The position numbers and the translations under genes were made by a program. DNA of 64,000 nt, from NCBI GenBank assembly GCA_036651815.1, contig JAVVXB010000010.1:16961-80960 (forward strand), in the 5' to 3' direction. The stretch comes from Clostridia bacterium (GTDB taxonomy: Bacteria > Bacillota > Clostridia > Christensenellales > CAG-138). Below, one piece after another: positions 58,792-64,000 of this stretch (its first letter is position 1; every line of letters starts with the position of its first letter). The notes beneath the pieces were generated by a model. That model ran no database searches. It was not told the DNA's origin and saw nothing but the letters and a program-made list of their open reading frames with translations.

Positions 58792-59480
58792 TCGCTTTTG
58801 CCAAATTTATAACCGACGCCATAGACCGTACGAATACCCCAGTTGAGTTCAGCGTCCGGAATTTTCTGGCGGATTCGTTTGATCTGTGTATCCACGGCAC
58901 GAGTGTCGCCAAAATAGTCATATCCCCATATTTTTGATAAGATTTGCTCTCGGTCGAACACGCGCCCCGGATGGGAAGCAAGTAGATAAAGAATCTCCAC
59001 TTCCTTCGGCGTAAAATCAATCACTTTCCCCTGAATCTTTACTTCATAATTAGACAAGCAAATTTCCAGATCTTCCATATGGATGCTTTGTGACTCGGTT
59101 TCCTGCGCTGCAGTAGTTCTGCGAAGCACAGCCTTGATGCGCGCAACCAGTTCCCGTGAGGAAAACGGTTTGACCATATAATCATCCGCGCCAATTTCCA
59201 GTCCGACAACACGGTCGATTTCCTCGTCTTTTGCAGTCAGCATGATAATCGGCACATTGCTGAAGGATCGAATTTCACGGCATGCGTCTATTCCTGACTT
59301 TTCCGGCATCATAAGATCCAGCAGAATCAGATCTGGCGATTCCTTCTCCGCCATCTGCACGGCTTGCACCCCATTATAGGCGGATGCGTGTGTGAATCCC
59401 TCGTTCTCAAGATAAACGCCGAGCGTATCATGGATAATTGGCTGGTCATCGCAGATTAAAATGTGCGCTGCTTTTTGCAT
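58788..59480 (-). CDS. OmpR/PhoB family response regulator
   Basis: 230 aa. Receiver (ILICDD...LLDLMMP...LTAK) plus a winged-helix output domain (...RTVYGVGYKF). Confidence 0.92.
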   Translation of the reverse strand: MQKAAHILICDDQPIIHDTLGVYLENEGFTHASAYNGVQAVQMAEKESPDLILLDLMMPEKSGIDACREIRSFSNVPIIMLTAKDEEIDRVVGLEIGADDYMVKPFSSRELVARIKAVLRRTTAAQETESQSIHMEDLEICLSNYEVKIQGKVIDFTPKEVEILYLLASHPGRVFDREQILSKIWGYDYFGDTRAVDTQIKRIRQKIPDAELNWGIRTVYGVGYKFGKSE

Positions 59481-59629
59481 GCTTCCACTTCCTTACAGAA
59501 TTGATTATAGATTACCCACGGCACACAATGCAATCCCGTACCACACCTTGTCAAAATTGTACAATATTCAGACATACTTATCGGTTTGTTTTTTAAAACA
59601 ACCTATAAACGTATTGAATTTCTATGTAT

Positions 59630-60499
59630 TCAGGATTCGCCTTCCATATAGGAACGGTATGCCTCAAAGCCTGACAGATACAGATACTTAAGTTTGGCCG
59701 TAAACTGTTTTTTCTCTTTAATTTCCATTACATCTTCAATTCCACGCCGAACGGTGGCATAAAATGCAGCCATTCCGATTACCTCAGATGCATCGTCATT
59801 GGCCATAGTTGCCAGCATATCTTCTCTGTCCGCAGCAACATCCCGTAACCCCCGCAAACCGGAAGCGCCGTCCTCCACGTTCTGTGCCTCCCGATCAAAT
59901 GAGATTGCCGCATGATAGAGTTCGTCTAGCAGTTCCGTCATGCCGACTGCAGTGGTTTGAAGCGCTGTAACCTGTGTTTTAGACGCGGTGACATGCAAGG
60001 TGCGCCCCGCACATGTTATCGGATAGATGCGTGACTCGACCCCTTCCGAAAGAAGTTGTGCACTGACTTTTTTTGCGCTCTCTTCGTCTGTATAACCAGC
60101 CGCTAAAACCCGAAACCGTTCCGCATCCTGTACAAGGTAGCCTGCTGCGCCGATTTCCTGCAACGCTTTCGCCTGTTTTTCGGCGTTCTCTTTAGATGCG
60201 TATACACCCATCTGTAATGCGAAGCAGGTTGTCGGAATCATTTGGATATCAACGGTGTTTTCAGATGTGTTTTCAACAGCTGGTGTTACGGTAGGACGCG
60301 GCGCGATGCTTACCGTGGGAGCAAGTTTCAGCATCACGGGTGCAATTACACTGCCAGCAAGCCAATCGCCCGCCTTGGACGCGGCCAATACATAAACCAC
60401 GCCGAAAAACACCAAAAACACGGCTGTATAGACCGTGTAGGTTCCGCCGCGCAAGGAATGCAGACGACGTGCTTTTCTATGTCTTCTACGATATTCCAA
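59630..60499 (-). CDS. SPOR-domain membrane protein
   Basis: 289 aa with an N-terminal TM helix. The block CFALQMGVYASKENAEKQAKALQEIGAAGYLVQDAERFRVLAAGYTDEESAKKVSAQL matches the SPOR beta-alpha-beta-beta repeat. Confidence 0.6.
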   Translation of the reverse strand: MEYRRRHRKARRLHSLRGGTYTVYTAVFLVFFGVVYVLAASKAGDWLAGSVIAPVMLKLAPTVSIAPRPTVTPAVENTSENTVDIQMIPTTCFALQMGVYASKENAEKQAKALQEIGAAGYLVQDAERFRVLAAGYTDEESAKKVSAQLLSEGVESRIYPITCAGRTLHVTASKTQVTALQTTAVGMTELLDELYHAAISFDREAQNVEDGASGLRGLRDVAADREDMLATMANDDASEVIGMAAFYATVRRGIEDVMEIKEKKQFTAKLKYLYLSGFEAYRSYMEGES

Positions 60500-60552
60500 G
60501 TTTGTGCCTCCGCTTCTGTCTCATTTATATGCAGTGCGGAGGCGCGTTATCA

Positions 60553-62511
60553 TCAGGATTTATTATGCTTACTATTTTTCCCGTTTTTAATAGAGCGTGG
60601 GTTTTTGGCAATGGGTGGCGGCTGAATCACTTCATAAGGCGCATCCTGCGAGAGCGGTGCATCGCTGTGCGCACGCTGCTCCGTTTCTTCCAAATTGTCC
60701 TCACTGTAGATATTGGCGGACGTGCTGGGTCCGAGAGCAATGGCATTGCTGATATATTTTTTGAGCGTGAAATGAAAACTCGTGCCCATATCAGGAATGC
60801 TTTCCACATAGATGCTTTCTCCAAGCTTATCGATAATCTGCCGCGCTATCGATAGTCCAAGCCCCGTTCCACCCTCACGGCGCGACTTGTCAGTTTTGTA
60901 AAAACGTTCAAATACATGCGGCAGATCTTCTTCAGAAATTCCACAGCCGGTATCCGAAACCGTCACCAGCAGACTGTCTTCGCTGGCCATGGCCGCGCTT
61001 AGGGTAATCGTTCCACCGCTGGGTGTATAATGCATGGCGTTATCAATGAGAATGACAAGTATCTGTTCGATTCGATCCTCATCCGTCATGGCATAGGGCA
61101 CAGCATCCATCAGCTTGAGATCCAGTGTGACACCGTGCTGTTTTGCCTCGTTAAGATAGTTTTGCCGCGTATCCATCAACAATTCTTCAACATTCACGGG
61201 ACCAACTTCCATATGATCGCTGCCAGACTGTAGTCTGGAAAGTTCTAGCATATCGGTAATCAGACGGGAAAGACGTACAACTTCACGCAACATGATGCGG
61301 TAATATCGTTGCCGCGTCTCCTCATCCCGAATCATACCATCGGACAACGGTTCAAGCAATCCCCGTACAGCCGTGAGCGGCGTACGCAATTCGTGGCTGA
61401 CATTTGCCACATAATCGCGGCGTGTTTGCTCCAACCGTTCGAATTCCGTAACGTCTTTAAATAAGCCGACAACGCCCGTGCACTCATCCGTCTCCGACAC
61501 GATGGGTAAAATAGAAATCCAAAGCGCACGATCACCCGGCAGTTTATAATGCAGGGTTTCCGTTGTACGTGTTTCAAAAACGTTATGAAACACATCCCAA
61601 ACAGACTGATCCGGTACAAGATCCATGGGCGTATTGACCTCCACCGCACCAAACATGCTCATAAGCGCCGGATTGTAGTGTGTTAAGCAGCCAATGCTGT
61701 CGATGGCCGCAACCCCATCTGTAAAGCTTGAAAGAATTTGATTCAACTGTCGCTTTTCGCTACGCAATTGATAAATCGTTTGCGATAAATTCTCGCAGAG
61801 CGTGTTCAGCGCACGCGCCAGTATCCCTACCTCGCCTGTTGTTTGTTCGTCCGCGCGGACATCAAAATTACCCTTGGACATCTCAATGGCAACATTGCTC
61901 ATTTCATGCAGTGGGCGTGAAATACGGTTTGTACCATAGGCGGTCATAATCATAATCAGCGGGAAAACAAGCAAAACCGTGGCCATCAGCGCATTATTCA
62001 GGCGCTGAAATGCGGACTGAATCCGCTGCGTCTGTTTGATAATAAAGATACCGCCGGTCACATCACCCTTCGCATCTCTGATGGGTACCCCAACAGAAAC
62101 CGCACGTTCACCGTTTGATAATTCCAGCCCATCGTTTTTCACCGTTGAACCACGAAGCACATGCTGCAGCTCCGCAGAAAAATAAGCACCAAAGTCCTGC
62201 ACCTCAACCGTGCTGCCGATATTGCGGACGATCAACGTCTTGCCGAGGGCATCGGCAATCAAAATCGCTGCTTCGCTGGAGACCGTTTGCTTTTCAATAA
62301 GATTCTGAAATGCCTCCTCAGTCATATTCCCGTTTTTATATTCCTCATAGATTTGGCGGGTGACATCCGCTTCCGGCTCAAGATTGGCCATCTCAATGGA
62401 AACATAGGTGTTTTTCCCTACATAAGCATAAGCCGCTAGCGACACAATATTCGCCAGCAGCAATGCAATGATCGATACAATTAGAACTCGCCAGAAAAAT
62501 ACGCTTCGCAT
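60553..62511 (-). CDS. Sensor histidine kinase (paralog of 57037..58791)
   Basis: 652 aa. H-box VANVSHELRTPLTAV. DNAMHY and GGTGLGLSIA. HAMP and PAS-like regions. Long acidic/polar tail. Confidence 0.9.
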   Translation of the reverse strand: MRSVFFWRVLIVSIIALLLANIVSLAAYAYVGKNTYVSIEMANLEPEADVTRQIYEEYKNGNMTEEAFQNLIEKQTVSSEAAILIADALGKTLIVRNIGSTVEVQDFGAYFSAELQHVLRGSTVKNDGLELSNGERAVSVGVPIRDAKGDVTGGIFIIKQTQRIQSAFQRLNNALMATVLLVFPLIMIMTAYGTNRISRPLHEMSNVAIEMSKGNFDVRADEQTTGEVGILARALNTLCENLSQTIYQLRSEKRQLNQILSSFTDGVAAIDSIGCLTHYNPALMSMFGAVEVNTPMDLVPDQSVWDVFHNVFETRTTETLHYKLPGDRALWISILPIVSETDECTGVVGLFKDVTEFERLEQTRRDYVANVSHELRTPLTAVRGLLEPLSDGMIRDEETRQRYYRIMLREVVRLSRLITDMLELSRLQSGSDHMEVGPVNVEELLMDTRQNYLNEAKQHGVTLDLKLMDAVPYAMTDEDRIEQILVILIDNAMHYTPSGGTITLSAAMASEDSLLVTVSDTGCGISEEDLPHVFERFYKTDKSRREGGTGLGLSIARQIIDKLGESIYVESIPDMGTSFHFTLKKYISNAIALGPSTSANIYSEDNLEETEQRAHSDAPLSQDAPYEVIQPPPIAKNPRSIKNGKNSKHNKS

Positions 62512-63192
62512 TTATTCCGTCTCGAATTTGTAGCCCACGCCATAGATGGTCTTGATGCTCCAGCCAAGGCCGGTTGAATCAAGTTTGGCGCGGATGCGTT
62601 TGATGTGGGTATCCACCGTCCTTGTTTCGCCTGCAAAGTCATAACCCCAGACACGAGAAAGCAATTGTTCTCTTGTAAACACCTGGCCTGGATTGCTTGC
62701 AAGCATATGCAGAATCTCAATTTCCTTTGGCGTGCAGATCACGGCCTGTCCACGCAACGTCACCGTATAGCTTTTAAGATCGATGGTAAGCTCGTTGTAC
62801 GAAATAACCGCAGAATCATTCTTTGGTTGCTCGGTCGTGCGGCGCAGAACTGCTTTGATGCGTGCAACGACCTCCCGCGGACTAAATGGTTTCACAATAT
62901 AATCGTCTGCGCCAAGCTCCAGCCCGACGATGCGATCAATCTCTTCTCCTTTTGCCGTCAGCATCAGTACCGGCAGCTGCGAGGTCTTTCGAATCTCTCG
63001 ACAAACCTCAATGCCGGACATCTTCGGCATCATGATATCGAGCACGCATAGGACAACCTCCGGCGTAATGTTCTCAAGCGCGGCAGCTCCATCAAAAGCA
63101 TCCACAATTTCAAACCCTTCGGCACGTAGGTAAATACCAAGTGCCTCGTGGACGACCTGATCATCGTCTGCAATTAAAATCTTTTGCCCCAT
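62512..63192 (-). CDS. OmpR/PhoB family response regulator (paralog of 58788..59480)
   Basis: 226 aa. ILIADDD...VLDIMMP...LTAK and ...KTIYGVGYKFE. Confidence 0.92.
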   Translation of the reverse strand: MGQKILIADDDQVVHEALGIYLRAEGFEIVDAFDGAAALENITPEVVLCVLDIMMPKMSGIEVCREIRKTSQLPVLMLTAKGEEIDRIVGLELGADDYIVKPFSPREVVARIKAVLRRTTEQPKNDSAVISYNELTIDLKSYTVTLRGQAVICTPKEIEILHMLASNPGQVFTREQLLSRVWGYDFAGETRTVDTHIKRIRAKLDSTGLGWSIKTIYGVGYKFETE

Positions 63193-63218
63193 AATTTGCT
63201 CCTGAATTTATTCTTTTT

Positions 63219-63902
63219 TCAGTATATCACAGTGGTATCGACAAACATAGCGCTTTGTTGAGCTTTCACAAGTTGTTCACCCAGGCGCTTTGCGTCCGCC
63301 TCCATTGCTGAAACAAGGGCACGATTATAGATGCCGCTCGCCGGATGATACAGCGGCCACAAATCCACATTCCGTCCATCTAGCCGGATGGTATGCGATT
63401 TACCGTGCAAAGCCCCAATTGTATCAGGCGCTTCGCCCGCAAGCATCTGGATCGCTCGAAGCGGCGTGTTGCCCAATGTAACAAGATACACTGGCTTAAT
63501 GTGTCCAAGTTCTATGGATAGTAGCGGCAACGCCTGAAGAATTTCCGTTCGGCCGGGCGTTCGATTGCGAATGCTGTGTTCGCTGCGAAGAACCGGTCGA
63601 TACTTCACAATATTGCTGACATACACCCGCGTGCGGTCTATGCCGGACATCAGCAGTAATTTGTCCAACTGTTTGCCCGCTTTCCCAACGAATGGGCGGC
63701 TACTCTTTGCCTCCTCCGATCCTGGCGCCTCGCCTAACAGTAACACTTCGCACGGCGCGTTGCCCTCTCCGAAAACCGGATGCAGATAATCGCCTTCCGG
63801 TATGTCGGTCACAGCAAAGGCCGCCAGACGTTCCCGTTCATCGGCATATGCTTGCATCAGTGCCCGTTCAGGGTCTTGGATGTTCGGTTGAAATTCGTTC
63901 AT
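63219..63902 (-). CDS. Uracil-DNA glycosylase superfamily protein (family 4-like GEAPG motif, without the usual Fe-S cysteines)
   Basis: 227 aa. VLLLGEAPGSEEAKSSRPFVGKAGKQL and LYHPASGIYN (motif B). Confidence 0.75.
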   Translation of the reverse strand: MNEFQPNIQDPERALMQAYADERERLAAFAVTDIPEGDYLHPVFGEGNAPCEVLLLGEAPGSEEAKSSRPFVGKAGKQLDKLLLMSGIDRTRVYVSNIVKYRPVLRSEHSIRNRTPGRTEILQALPLLSIELGHIKPVYLVTLGNTPLRAIQMLAGEAPDTIGALHGKSHTIRLDGRNVDLWPLYHPASGIYNRALVSAMEADAKRLGEQLVKAQQSAMFVDTTVIY

Positions 63903-64000
63903 AATCCATCTTTAGCTTGTTATAAGCCGGTTCGATCGCTGAATATTCGTAGCCCGAAAGCGAAACCGCCAACGCGGCGACCCCATCTTTCAAATTTGCA

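Noticed and set aside
1-64000. I looked for CRISPR arrays, rRNA genes, T-boxes and long tandem repeats.
   Set aside because: I saw no regularly spaced 25-40 nt repeats with unique spacers, no rRNA-like segments, and no T-box specifier or antiterminator pattern. The only tandem-type repeats are the short operator-like ones reported above. This was visual inspection only, so short or degenerate arrays could have been missed.
63903-64000. A partial minus-strand ORF lies at the right edge (…ANLKDGVAALAVSLSGYEYSAIEPAYNKLKMDY…).
   Set aside because: Fewer than 35 codons are visible and two frames remain open. The product cannot be identified and the frame is not secure.

Overview
The window looks like chromosome from an endospore-forming Firmicute (class Clostridia), at roughly 50% GC by eye. 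Most genes are on the minus strand.

Housekeeping backbone:
- nusB (partial), then the Asp23/AmaP/DUF2273 envelope-stress trio.
- A complete spoIIIAA-AH operon in which spoIIIAF is only 59 codons.
- hrcA-grpE-dnaK-dnaJ with a perfect CIRCE operator.
- lepA-hemW, rpsT, yerC-like, rqcH and tRNA-Ala(CGC).
- Two P-type ATPases. One is CopA-type. The other is PMCA/SERCA-like and sits behind a candidate yybP-ykoY (Mn2+) riboswitch with a terminator.
- Two paralogous OmpR/HK two-component systems flanking a SPOR-domain protein, a GGDEF sensor and a UDG-family gene.

Accessory or unusual parts:
1. A roughly 13.6 kb co-directional island (14.8-28.4 kb). It joins a mannose-family PTS (IIA-IID) and its own ptsI-ptsH pair to an amidohydrolase, a HAD phosphatase, a ThDP enzyme, three CoA-transferase genes, a BtpA/SgcQ protein and a dead Fe-ADH. 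A divergent HutC-type GntR regulator sits behind phased TGTATC repeats. I cannot map this gene set to a textbook pathway, so it is my best candidate for an undescribed system.
2. A GtrB-like GT2 followed by a 770-aa polytopic protein with a C-terminal GtrA domain.
3. A small islet (28.4-30.35 kb) with an orphan PT-HINT/AHH-like toxin tip and IS debris.
4. A 5.4 kb mobile-element graveyard around tRNA-Ala. It holds a polyvalent-protein fragment with HExxH, a serine-recombinase tail, zinc-ribbon mini-ORFs and an rve transposase with in-frame stops.
5. Two ORF-poor stretches (43.05-44.0 kb and 55.6-57.0 kb) with ghost coding signal.

Several genes are visibly broken: pgi has a frameshift, and the Fe-ADH has an in-frame TGA plus a frameshift. 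Whether these are real decay or assembly indels cannot be decided from the sequence alone.

No CRISPR array or rRNA was seen. All family calls rest on motifs I recognised in the translations, and no database search was run. Coordinates I derived by counting bases rather than from the ORF track may be off by 1-2 nt.
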